In this document: positions 26,163-37,562 of the stretch, in pieces | Layout: every line of letters begins with the position of its first letter | Position numbering within the stretch: the first letter of the stretch is position 1 | From: Tubiluchus corallicola | Lineage: Eukaryota; Animalia; Priapulida | Reading direction: 5' to 3' | Assembly: GCA_030141605.1 (NCBI GenBank) | Contig: JAQGDQ010000068.1 | Coordinates: forward strand, 434,001 to 498,000 | Length of the DNA stretch: 64,000 nucleotides | Made by a program: the position numbers and the translations under genes | Notes under the pieces: model-generated | The model's input: only the letters and a program-made list of their open reading frames with translations | What the model was told of the DNA's origin: nothing | The model's database searches: none

Positions 26163-28190
26163 CTACCAGTTTTTCAAACTTTGAACATTTTTATAGAAAT
26201 CTAAGGCACGTGGATTAGACAAACCAGAGCGGATACCCGATATTTCCATTCCGGAAATGATTTGCTTAACTGGCACTTCCACTTTTTTCCCGTTGATTGT
26301 GTAGGGAATATCTTCAGTGGCTAAGATAAGTGCAGGAACATGGCGAGGAGAAAGCTTTTCCCTAATATCACACTTAATATGCTCAATCAGCTCTTCTGTC
26401 AGACTGACTTCTTTCTGCAATTTAAGGAATAAAACGACGCGCTCATCACCTTCCTTATTGCACTGCCCAACGCAGAGTGAATCTTCAACTTCCTTAAAAG
26501 ACTCCACGATGTTGTAGATTTCAGAACTTCCAAAACGCACTCCAGAGGGATTCAGAGTACCGTCACTCCTTCCCAGTAAAACCAATCCTCCGGTCTTTTT
26601 GTTGAATTTGCAAAAGTCACCCTGAGTCCATACACCCGGAAATTTGTCGAAATAAGCCTTCCTGTATTTCTCGCCTTCCTTGTCATTCCACAGGCATATT
26701 GGCATAGAAGGAAAGGGTTTTGTACAAACGAGGTCACCCCGTTCACCATATACAGGTTTTCCTTCTTCATTAAAGCATTCAACAGACATAGCAAGCGCAC
26801 GAACTGACAGTTCTCCACGATAAACTGGTGTGATCCAGCTAAGCCCAACAAATGCGCCCATTATATCAGTTCCACCAGAGATGGAACCCAAAAGCACATC
26901 TTGGTTGATGTTTTGGTAGACGTAATCGAAACTTTCAGGTTTGAGTGTAGATCCTGTGCTCGTTATTAATTTTAAACTAAGCAAACTATGCGTCTCATTC
27001 GGCCGAATGTTTCTTTGTCCGAGAATGTCAAGCCATCGCGCACTGACACCTAAAACTGTTATTCCAATGTTGTCCACCAAATCCCAAAGGTGTTTCTCGC
27101 CGTGCACAAGGAATGATCCATCATAAAGCACAATTGATGCCCCGGTGACCAGCACACCAATAAGCCAGTTAAACATCATCCATCCGGTTGTGGTATAATG
27201 CAAAACAATGTCGCTTTCTCTGATATTAAGCATTATCACAATTTCCTTGAATTGTTGCAAAAGCGTTCCTCCCACAGAATGCACGACACATTTGGGCACG
27301 CCGGTTGTACCCGAAGTGAATAAGATAAGCATTGGGTAGTTGAAAGGCAGTTGTTCGAATATCAGTTCTGGAATCTTGCCATCAGGCAAAAGTCCGCTGT
27401 TCAAAAACTCAAAAAGAGTAATGCTGTTAGGGGTCTCATCAAGGTTACACTGCCGTTCCCCTGCAAATGGTATAATAACCACTTTTTCCAGATCTGGTAA
27501 ACCGTCTACTACCCCCTTTAATTTATCTACATTGTTATGAATTTTTCCATTATAAATAACACCATCAACTGAAAATAATAATTTTGGTCGAATTTGCCGG
27601 TATCTGTCTAAAACTCCGGTAATTCCAAAATCCGGTGACGTGCAACTCCAAGTGGCACCAATGCTGGCTGAAGCCAACATGGCCTCTACTGCTTCACAGC
27701 AATTTGGTAAATAGCCTGCCACGCGATCACTTCGTTTCACACCCATAGCTCTCATCGCAGCGGCATAAAGAGCCACACGTTCTCTCAGTTCATTCCAAGT
27801 TCGAGTTTCAATACTTTCTTCTCTTCCTTCTCTAACTGCATATATCGCTACCCCATCGCCAACCGTTTTTAACAAGTTTTCAGCGTAGTTTAGCCTAGCA
27901 CCACTAAACCACTGCGGTCTATCTGTTATGCACTTAATTTTGTCCACCACTTCAGAAAATGTCTGTGAGTGCCGTATGTCGCTAAATACCCAAATTTCTT
28001 TCCAAAAATTGTCATAATTGTCGACCGACCAGGTCCATAACTCCTGATACGTTCGAATTTGTAATCTGTGGTTTTTGTTCACATGTTTAATAAATTTACC
28101 TATTTCTGTGACCTTGTCTGGATCGGGTTTCCAACATATTACATCAGCATCGCCTTCCAAAGGACCAAGCTTGCCACTGTGCAAATCCAT
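26163..28190 (-). CDS. AACS: Acetoacetyl-CoA synthetase-like, paralogue 1 (single coding exon, ~675 aa from ATG 28190)
   Basis: PQWFSGARLNYAENLL, SPDFG, FTSGTTGVPKCVVH (A3 loop), TTTGWMMFNW, SISGGTD, KPFPSMP, GRSDGTLNPSGVRFGSSEIYNIVE, LSPRHVP, DIPYTINGKKVE. The track's start at 28241 is not ATG; the first ATG (28190) follows an acceptor-like CTTTGTAG. Confidence 0.9.
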   Translation of the reverse strand: MDLHSGKLGPLEGDADVICWKPDPDKVTEIGKFIKHVNKNHRLQIRTYQELWTWSVDNYDNFWKEIWVFSDIRHSQTFSEVVDKIKCITDRPQWFSGARLNYAENLLKTVGDGVAIYAVREGREESIETRTWNELRERVALYAAAMRAMGVKRSDRVAGYLPNCCEAVEAMLASASIGATWSCTSPDFGITGVLDRYRQIRPKLLFSVDGVIYNGKIHNNVDKLKGVVDGLPDLEKVVIIPFAGERQCNLDETPNSITLFEFLNSGLLPDGKIPELIFEQLPFNYPMLILFTSGTTGVPKCVVHSVGGTLLQQFKEIVIMLNIRESDIVLHYTTTGWMMFNWLIGVLVTGASIVLYDGSFLVHGEKHLWDLVDNIGITVLGVSARWLDILGQRNIRPNETHSLLSLKLITSTGSTLKPESFDYVYQNINQDVLLGSISGGTDIMGAFVGLSWITPVYRGELSVRALAMSVECFNEEGKPVYGERGDLVCTKPFPSMPICLWNDKEGEKYRKAYFDKFPGVWTQGDFCKFNKKTGGLVLLGRSDGTLNPSGVRFGSSEIYNIVESFKEVEDSLCVGQCNKEGDERVVLFLKLQKEVSLTEELIEHIKCDIREKLSPRHVPALILATEDIPYTINGKKVEVPVKQIISGMEISGIRSGLSNPRALDFYKNVQSLKNW

Positions 28191-29761
28191 TCTACAAAGG
28201 TCAGGTAAACTATAAACAAGTATATATTCACTGCTAAACACTAAATTATTATGGGCGCTTTCTGTGACAGGGTCAGCACTTCTTGATCAAGTGAGACGAT
28301 TTTCTGTTATATCACTGTGCGCGCTAGGGACATGCAGTTGGACGTGTGAAACAGCCCTATAGGTCAAAAGTACGGCGCTTGAGCACACACTGGTGTAGAT
28401 AATATTCAGTTTTGACACATTTAGCATCTGTGCCTAGTTTATTATAAATAATCTTATAATAATTGTTTATTGTTTATTCACGAATCATCTTAATCATAAT
28501 TTATTATAAAGTATAGGTTTTTTTATTTTGTTCAATAGTAGTATAATAACAATAACAATATAGTTCAATAACAATCGTCTTAGCCTACAGGTATGATTTA
28601 TTGGCACTTGTATATTTGTAGTCACTGTTCAAACGACTCAGTATTTTTGTGAAATGTTGCCATAAACTGTCTTCTTCGTTTTGTTAACAGATCCAACAAC
28701 ATTTTACTTAGAGAAATTAACGAGTGTTCGTTTCCGCCTTACATTCCAGATGGCAGCACAATCTTATAAGTTACTCTCTTTGAACAAAATCCATTTTCTC
28801 GTTATGATAATTCGATTTACTTCTATTAATACATTATTTCAAACTGCGTTTTCTATGTTTCTGCATTTATAAGTTAATAAAGCCAAACTAACTATGTATT
28901 TATAAAAACTAATGTAATGATTGTTTTTCACTTCCCAAAATGATGGAAAATATTAGGCCTACATTGAACTTATTTTCTATTTTATTTATTATGTATTATT
29001 GTTCTTATCACAAACAAATTTTTGCCATGTCCTATATTCGTAATTACTCCTAGAGCCTAGATGTGTCACTGTAAAACTCACAAACTAAGTTAGACGTAAA
29101 CAAACATCTTATTACTATCATACTGCCCTTTATACCCAGCACTCTATCTTGACGAAAACCTGTGTACCCAATACACAACGACCGCCATCACACAACATAT
29201 TCTAACTTACTTTAAAAATAAGTGAAATTTTTGAAAATATATTTGAGGTTGCTTAGGCAAACGTGCCCATACTGTCTGGAGAAAAAATTATGCACATGCA
29301 AGTCTGTAATGCATGTTTGAGTATATATGTTCAATAAGCGAAATCCCCAAAACGAAAATGCTACGTTGTAAAGACTGATGTAAGCTTCTAAGAAAGAAAA
29401 ATACAATTACTAATAAATTTTTTCTAAAATTCAACAATGCCGGACCTATGACGGTAACATTGCATTCCAAAAATTTCAGTAAAACTGGCCTGCCACATTT
29501 TCAAGTGTACACAAGTTTTCCAAGAAATTCAGCATTCGTTAAATGCAAAGCTGAAGTGTAACAACATTTGTGTTGCACCTGTAATATGGGCCAGCAGGCA
29601 GCTTGCTGTTTTGCTTTGGCAAGCTGTGTTGTTCATACGGTTTTTATGTTCTTTATGCGCTTTTTTACTTTGTTATTTATTGTATTTTTGCGCCCAAATA
29701 ATATAATATAAAGTAACGTAATAATAATAGTGCAATGCCATATAATGTAACGTAATATAAG

Positions 29762-29925
29762 ATAACATAACATAACATAACATTACATAACATAACATAA
29801 CATAACGTAACATAACATAACATAACATAACATAACATAACATAACATAACATAACATAACATAACATAACACAACACAACACAACACAACACAACACAA
29901 CACAACACAATACAATACAATACAA
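29762..29925. repeat. Pentanucleotide array (ATAAC)n grading into (ACAAC)n and (ACAAT)n
   Basis: Direct observation; source of the CYVML-repeat ORFs. Confidence 0.95.
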
Positions 29926-30452
29926 TATAATATGTAAGCCTAATTCCATTGCACTTGGTAATTATTACACCAACCTTTTAAGGATTTGATTTTTTTCGCA
30001 TCGATCAAAATGTGACTTAATCAATAAATACGAAAATTTGTTCTATTATATTCGTTCACACTTTTAAGTTTAGTTTAGGGTTTTCTGGAAATGACACCAA
30101 CGCCGCCATCTTGAATTCTAAATAATGTATCGAAAATCTGCCTTCGTCAGTTGATGCATAATTCGTTCCAGTGTATTGGTGTGAAGTTTCATGACGATCC
30201 ATTGCAACTACACGATGTCTTGGGCATCTTTCAAAAGGAAATTAGCAACAACAAGAACAATAACAACACCCAACAAAAACATCGACCAAAAACTAGTTTA
30301 CCATTAATTTTTAGTTTTTTACTATTTCCATTTACACTTTTATCAATACAGTAGTTTATTACACAAGGCATATGACATATTGTATATAGCCCTATAATAT
30401 TATTATTACATATTATATTTATTAAATTACAAACAATGCATGTTGCATTTTA

Positions 30453-31467
30453 GGGTAAAATGTGCCAGTGCTCGACAAAAATGCTTTTTTCAGATTTCTA
30501 TCATTATTTTTGTTTCTTGAAATAATGCCTGATAAACTAAAGCTATGCTATTAAGGAATCAAGAAATACAGAAAAGAGGGTGGCTGCACAAAATGCAAAA
30601 GCTGTGATGAATAAATGCTTTGCTACGTCATTTCAAAAAATGGGGCAATATCGGGCAAGATAACGTCGGACCTAATTGACCACTTTTTGGTTATAGCATT
30701 TAAATCCTTTTACGTTGTTTGTAACATCGAGATTGATCAGTGACGAAATAAGAGAAATGTCGTAGAATGGAATAGGCAAGCGCCGATGATGCTCCGTGAT
30801 GCTCATTTGTGAATAATTGCATTGATGGCAGATTGCATTTAATCATACTGAAGTCTTCCTCTCTTATTCTTTAAATTTTTTATGTATGCAGCATTTTTAC
30901 CAGTGTTTCGATAACGGTTTTCTCCCCATGTTTCTAAAACGATTAACACCGTATTCTTTTAACGTTTTGGCTCAAACGGCCAAAAAAATCAATGCCATTT
31001 ATTTACACAAACAATTAGTTCCGGAGAAAAGTCGGACTCAAAAATTTAGTTGTCCAACATTAGCCTAGGCCTTCTGGTGAAGTGGGATGCTTCTGTGAAT
31101 TGTATAACAAACAAACAAATATGATAACATAAAGTGAAGCATAAAAGCATCAGAGAAGAAGTAACGTGCATCATCTCTGAAGAGGCTGCTATAAATAATC
31201 AATACGTTAGGTCTGTTTATCAGCAAATAAAAAAAGGTAATATAGTTAAGGATCAACGTACTCGGCGAGCAAGCTTGTATGTTCATGACCATACGGTTGC
31301 CAGCAGACGAACTGCTAGGCAATGGTGAAAATGCCAGTCTAAAGATAGGATGTGGCAGTATTAACAATGAAAGGAAAAAGCAACGTCCAGTAATTTAATG
31401 GGTTTTAGGCAATCGAAAAACTCATTTTCCAACATTAGCCTATGTCCAACGTTAGTCTATTTTGCCC
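30453..31467. mobile_element. Putative TA-flanked MITE between the AACS paralogues
   Basis: TA|GGGTAAAAT at 30451 and ATTTTGCCC|TA at 31459-31469; internal CCAACATTAGCCTA repeated at ~31054 and ~31429. Confidence 0.35.
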
Positions 31468-32167
31468 TATATAACATTATTTAGTACATATTTACCGTAC
31501 ACTGTAGTAACTGAATAAAGTTTTTTATTTCAATGGAAGAAAAATTGGGTATCCTTCTAAAATAACATCTATTATAACTGCTTTTAAATACCACCACTCA
31601 TTACGTTTTTATCTGAGATAAGTGTGTTGCTTCCATTATTACATAAGTTTTCATACCGTATCTGACTGCATAGTTGCTGAAGACTTTAATAGTGCATTTC
31701 GCTGATTTGCAAGACCGGACCTACCTCATTATCGCAGAAGAATCTTTTCTGATGAGACATTAAACCGTCAGTGGTGTTTCAGCTATGTTCAGATGCTGCA
31801 ATTTTACAGTATTGTAAGATATTAAAGATCATTAAAATAGCTATTAGCATTAAAAATTTATTAATTTAAAGCAAGTACATTTAGTATAATTACCTGTACA
31901 GGCAAAGCCACAAGCTCTTGCATGCAAAACGAGCGCATTACCTCTGAGTGGTTTATTATGAGCTAAAATATAAAAATTTTCCTCACCATAAAGGTGAATT
32001 AGCTTGCAATAAAATATATCTATGAAATAGATTTGAAATTTCTTAAAAAGGCACAACGTGTATTACTTTTTGCCTGCCTTATTTTTTAGTCTTCAATTCT
32101 CCACAAACAGTGATGACTATACGGGACGTTTGCAACTAAAATAATGAAAACTCATTTTCATATCAGC

Positions 32168-34222
32168 TTAAAGCTTTGAAACTATTTTTCTCTTGGAAGA
32201 GCCTGTTTTCTCTAAAGCAGTAATGTTTTTATACAAATCAAGGGCACCTGGATTAGACAGAGCAGATCGTGCAACAGACACGTCCAAATCAGAAATAATT
32301 TGCTTAACTGCCACTTCCACTTTTTTGCCGTTGATGGTATAAGGAATATCTTTCGTTTCTAGAATCAATGCAGGCACATGTCGAGGAGAAAGCTTTCCCC
32401 TAATGTCACGCTTAATGCGCTCAATTAGATTCTGTGTCAGATTGACTTCTGAATGTAGTTTCAAAAATAAAACAACGCGTTCATCACCATCTCTTCTGTA
32501 CTGACCAACGCACAGTGAATCTTCAACCTCTGTAAATGTTTCCACAATGTTGTAGATTTCGGAACTTCCAAAACGCACTCCAGACGGATTCAGGGTCCCA
32601 TCACTTCTACCCAGCAAAACAAGTCCTCCTGTCTTTTTGTTGAATATGCAAAAATCGTCCTGTGTCCACACACCAGGAAACTTTTCGAAATATGCTTTCC
32701 TGTACTTTTCACCATCTTTATCGTTCCACAAAAATACTGGCATACTTGGAAAAGGTTTAGTACAAACAAGGTCACCACGCTCGCCATACACAGGTTTTCC
32801 ATCTTTGTTAAAACATTCAACAGACATAGCAAGTGCACGAACTGACAGTTCTCCGCGATAAACTGGTGTGATCCAGCTAAATCCTACAAAAGCACCCATT
32901 ATGTCTGTTCCACCTGATATTGAACCCAAGAGCACATCTTTCTTCACGTTTTGGTAGACGTAATCGAAACTTTCAGGTTTGAGTGTAGATCCTGTGCTCG
33001 TTATTAATTTTAAACTATGCAAACTATGCGTCTTATTCGGCCGAATGTTTCTTTGTCCGAGAATGTCAAGCCATCGTGCACTGACACCCAAAGTTGTTAT
33101 TCCAATGTTGTCTATCAAATCCCAAAGGTGTTTCTTGCTATGCACAAGAAATGACCCATCATAAAGCACAATGGACGCCCCGCTGACCAGAACACCAATA
33201 AGCCAGTTAAACATCATCCATCCCGTTGTGGTATAATGTAAAGCAATATCTCTTTCTGTGATATTGAGCATTATCACTGTTTCCTTGAGTTGCTGCACAA
33301 GTGTTCCACCCGCTGAATGCACAACACATTTGGGCACGCCAGTTGTGCCAGAGGTGAATAAAATAAGTAATGGATGGTTGAAAGGCAGTTGTTCGAATAT
33401 CAGTTCTGGAACACAACCGTTAGACAAAAGACCACCAGCCAAAAATTCAGAAAGAAACACGCCATTTGGAATTACCTCTGGCGAACAAATTCGGACATCT
33501 GCGAAATGTATCATAACAACTTTTTCCAAATCTTTTAAACCATCAACTACTCCTATTACCTTGCTGATATGATTATGCAACTTTCCATCATAGACAACAC
33601 CATCGACAGAGAATAATAATTTTGGTCGAATTTGTTTAAATCGCTCTAAAACTCCTACAACTCCGAAATCCGGTGATGCGGAACTCCAGATTGCACCAAT
33701 GCTTGCTGTGGCTAACATGGCCTCTACTGCTTCACAACAATTTGGTAAGTAGCCTACTACTCGATCGTTGCACTTCACACCCATAGCTCTCATAGCAGCG
33801 GCATAAAGAGCCACACGTTCTCTCAGATCATTCCAAGACCGAGTTTCGATCATTTCCTCTTTTCCCTCTCTAACTGCATAAATCGCCACCCCGTCTCCAA
33901 CTCTTTTTAACAAGTTTTCAGCATAGTTCAACCTAGCACCACTAAACCACTGCGGTCTGTCTGTTATGCTCTTGCCTTTGTCCACCACTTGAGAAAATGT
34001 CTGTGAGTGCCGTATGTTGCCAAACTTCCAAACTTCTTTCCAAAATTCATCATAGTTGTCGACAGACCAAGTCCACAAGTCCTGGTAAGTTTGAATTTTC
34101 AGCCCGAGGCTTTTATTCACTGTATTAATGAACTTCGCAATTTCGGTGACTTTAGTTGGATCTGGCTTCCAGCAAATTACGTCAGAAAGGTCCGCTGGAG
34201 AATAAAGCTTGTCACTACACAT
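32168..34222 (-). CDS. AACS: Acetoacetyl-CoA synthetase-like, paralogue 2 (single coding exon, 684 aa, C-terminal SKL)
   Basis: Same AACS motifs as paralogue 1 and colinear with it; ends ...GSSKRKIVSKL*. Confidence 0.9.
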   Translation of the reverse strand: MCSDKLYSPADLSDVICWKPDPTKVTEIAKFINTVNKSLGLKIQTYQDLWTWSVDNYDEFWKEVWKFGNIRHSQTFSQVVDKGKSITDRPQWFSGARLNYAENLLKRVGDGVAIYAVREGKEEMIETRSWNDLRERVALYAAAMRAMGVKCNDRVVGYLPNCCEAVEAMLATASIGAIWSSASPDFGVVGVLERFKQIRPKLLFSVDGVVYDGKLHNHISKVIGVVDGLKDLEKVVMIHFADVRICSPEVIPNGVFLSEFLAGGLLSNGCVPELIFEQLPFNHPLLILFTSGTTGVPKCVVHSAGGTLVQQLKETVIMLNITERDIALHYTTTGWMMFNWLIGVLVSGASIVLYDGSFLVHSKKHLWDLIDNIGITTLGVSARWLDILGQRNIRPNKTHSLHSLKLITSTGSTLKPESFDYVYQNVKKDVLLGSISGGTDIMGAFVGFSWITPVYRGELSVRALAMSVECFNKDGKPVYGERGDLVCTKPFPSMPVFLWNDKDGEKYRKAYFEKFPGVWTQDDFCIFNKKTGGLVLLGRSDGTLNPSGVRFGSSEIYNIVETFTEVEDSLCVGQYRRDGDERVVLFLKLHSEVNLTQNLIERIKRDIRGKLSPRHVPALILETKDIPYTINGKKVEVAVKQIISDLDVSVARSALSNPGALDLYKNITALEKTGSSKRKIVSKL

Positions 34223-34723
34223 AATCCTTAATTTTATAAATCGCTAAACTGAGACTGTATATTTGCTGCTATGCACTAGTCTCTCTTGTAAAGGCATTCA
34301 TCGACAGACCTTCGCAAGAGCTTATTGATGTTTTAACTGCAATTATTAAGCATATTATACCTCAGCACTGTTCACATTAAGTAAACTAAAATGTGAGATA
34401 TCATGCACGTCGAAGGTACGACACTTTAATGACCAAGTGTACACAATAAACGCAAAGTTTTAATACTTTTTATCTTTGCTGTTAAAATACCCTTGTTGCA
34501 GCCAAAGACCTTGAACATTACACTCTGTAAAACCACGAAGAGATACACAGTACTATATATTAACGAAACATCAGGCGACTTGTAATTTGCATTTGTATAC
34601 ATTTTCGTATTTGCAGGTATTTACATTCGTAAATATCTCACACGCCTAGAAAAGTCAACAAAGCAAAATCAGCAATACTCACTTTAGGAAGTAAATAAGC
34701 AAATTGTTATATATCTTACGTGA

Positions 34724-35050
34724 TTACTTTTGAGGCAGTTGAGCGAAAACCGAGAGCCATTTTGCAAATTTGTTTAATATATGTTTAAAGGGCAACTGGT
34801 TCCAGGTTTTGAGTATTTTTTCTGTGTCCTGATTGTTTATATTGTTTAATTTTGCTATATAAGTAGGTGACCAGATTTCACATCCATTAATTCCTATTGA
34901 TACTACAAGGGCATCAAACAAATATATTAATGTGGTGATGGGAAAACTGTAATTGAATATTAAAGATTTTAATTTTAATAAGGCCCTGGAGCTCTGTTTT
35001 CTCATTGTTTCCGGCGTTTTGTATATGCTCCCGTATTTGTAAAGCAGACG
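34724..35050 (-). mobile_element. Non-LTR retrotransposon ORF2 fragment (L2/CR1 group)
   Basis: RALLKLK...YLFDALVVSIGINGCEIWS...KFAKWL resembles the post-RT LFDxxVxPIxxYGCEIWG block. Confidence 0.55.
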
Positions 35051-35544
35051 GCTAAATATTTTACATGTTTTTCATTTGATATGGAACTTAGGTTACATGT
35101 GAACATGTGACTAGAAGTTTTTCCCCAAATATCACACTTTTGTTTTCTTATAGTGAATCTGAAGAAGAATTTTAGATGCGTAGTCTGATAATTTGTTGAT
35201 CATATTATACAACCCTTTTTTGACTTATTGAAAAGAACCGGATCGTCGACCTATTGCAAGCTGACGTCCTCGCTGCCTCTAGCATATCATAGGTATGTCA
35301 GAAATCTCAAGGCAATCTTTGCGACAACACTGATTAAGCTTATCAATCTTGCCTGTTTCTGTTGTTTATCGACTCTTGCTTTAAGAAAATTCTTTCCAAT
35401 TTTAAGTCTTACAATATCATGTTTTGTCCAACTCCGTTTACAAAACCGTCATACACAGCTGAGATAGCTTCCTCAGATTAGGTGATGGCATCCATTTCAC
35501 GGTCAAGCAGTTTTTTCAGATCGAATAAGGTTTGTGCTTTAGGT

Positions 35545-36527
35545 CCATTTCCCAGAAAAAGTGTATACCAAAAATTTTTTTCACAAAAAAACATTGCCAA
35601 GAAAAATAACTTCCCAGAAGTAATTTGCTAGAAAACGTTTTCCCAGAAAACTATTTTTCCAAGAAAACTCATTTCACAGAAAGAACATTTTCAAAGAGGA
35701 TTTTTAAACAGAGAAATCAGGGTTACGTTTGTTTGTAACTGCATCAGCACAATATAAAGCCCTCAATTTCTCTCTGTTTACTTCTCTCTTTTCCCCCTTC
35801 CCTTCCAAGCTTCTGGCCTCTCCTCTTCTCTCCTTCTGTTGCTTCCTCTAGCTCCCTCTCCTTCTCGTTCTCTCTCTCCTGCCCCCTTCCTCATTTTATC
35901 TCAGCTTTTCAATTATCTACGTGCACTGACTAACGACTCTCAGATATCAGAATCACATCAAATGACGGGATGTTTAAGGGGCCAACCTATGTTACTTAAT
36001 ATTTGCTTTCGAAAAATATTTTGTTTTCAAACTTCTTTATTACAATTCCAAGTTGTTTTGTAGGATGAAATAAAAGTGATTTTCATTGCATTTGAAAAGG
36101 TTTAATCACAGAAAATTAAAGCACCAAGATTTTGCGAACTGTACAGATTTGTGAATATCTTGAGATCTAAATTTGCCTGATAAATTATGCTCCTTCGCAC
36201 AATTTTTTACAGGTTCTTTTATGACAGAAGCGGTTTCTAGTTCACTAGCAAGATATTCGTTCGAGACGAGATACATTTTTTAATTTATTGTTCTACAAAA
36301 TACATCCACAATAATCAATACAGCATAACACTTCAACAGACTGTAGCCAAGGTGTCAAGCTGCAAGTGGCCTCTAGGAAATGGCATTTCGGGGAAGACTT
36401 TTTCTGGCAAATAACTTTCCTTGGCAAAAATGTTTTCTACAAATTTTTGTCCGCCAAAAATTTTTTCTGGCTTTAAACTTTTCTAGTACTAAAAAGCTTC
36501 TCTTGGAAACGAGACTGTCCCAACCCA
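35545..36527. mobile_element. Foldback-like element with inverted arrays of ~15-16-bp sub-repeats
   Basis: Left arm 35545-35700 repeats TTTCCCAGAAAA-like units; right arm 36370-36510 repeats the complement TTTTCTGG(C/G)AAA. Confidence 0.45.
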
Positions 36528-36824
36528 AAGCTATGAACGGCACCGGGAAAACCCGAGGTTACCAAAATATTTTATCTTCGTCATGTTTCATAGGAAGTTT
36601 TTAAAGATTTGTCATGTTGCTGGCATTATCTATCGAAAATTCCAAATTGCAAGTTCTGTTATCAGAATTTGATAATGATTTGAGATTTTTAACAGCTTAC
36701 CACAAAAAAAGAAAAATTTAGGCTGTAATGTGTAGTCATAACTTTTGTGACGGTAAAGCCGTGAGAGTACTCTCATAAGGTTACAGAATAATTTATTTGT
36801 CCCATTAACAATAACATAGTCAAC

Positions 36825-37562
36825 AGGCGCTATTACACTTTCGCACCGCCTAGCTTTTCCTGGCCTATTGGTTGTTTTCACGCCTGCAGGCCAGAAAGCA
36901 GACCAACAGGCGTAATATACACCATATTCCCATAATATTATTGCTTCTTGCGCTTTATAAGTCCAGATTAAAATCATGCATTACTTACCTACAGCCGCCA
37001 TTAAAAGCTGCACGTGAATAACCGTGTTTACATCACTGATGCGCAATCGCTCTCGCGCAGTGACGTGTGTGGCCCTTAACCTGTAGTTTTAGTTTCTTCG
37101 CATAATTTATGATTATTAGGGTTGCAGCTACGGGAGTTTGTATCGTACCGCGGGAAATTATTTTGGACCACTACAGTTATTTATCATTAATTTTATTTAT
37201 TACTGTAGTATTATTACTATTAGATTATAAAAAAAGTAAAGGTTTTTTCTTTATTTAGTAAATGCGGTGAAGATGAAAGTGTGTCACGTGCCTTTTAAGC
37301 TAGGCCCTGATAATGCATAAACTAGTACGAAATTTGTCACGTGACTACACACACAAACAAGATGGCGATACGCCCTGTATAGGCGTAGAACTATGAATAC
37401 AGCGTAATTATTGGTAATTATACCTAAATATATTATTAAATTACAATTAGATTAGCGGAAACATTCACTGATGACGTAAGAATAATAGAATGATGACTTA
37501 CGAGCCTAAAAACGAATAATAACCTATAAAAAGCTAGGCGGTGCGAAAGTGTAATAGCGCCT
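36825..37562. mobile_element. MITE with perfect 34-bp terminal inverted repeats
   Basis: AGGCGCTATTACACTTTCGCACCGCCTAGCTTTT (36825-36858) is the exact reverse complement of 37529-37562. Confidence 0.85.

Noticed and set aside
28191-28241. 17-residue N-terminal extension of AACS-1 in the ORF track
   Set aside because: It starts at a non-ATG codon and covers a pyrimidine tract plus AG; ATG 28190 aligns better with paralogue 2.
28361-28373. AGGTCA-A-AAGTAC as a DR1 nuclear-receptor element upstream of AACS-1
   Set aside because: The second half-site is poor and a single hexamer is expected by chance.
29673-29949. Cys-rich CYVML-repeat ORFs
   Set aside because: Translations of a pentanucleotide microsatellite.
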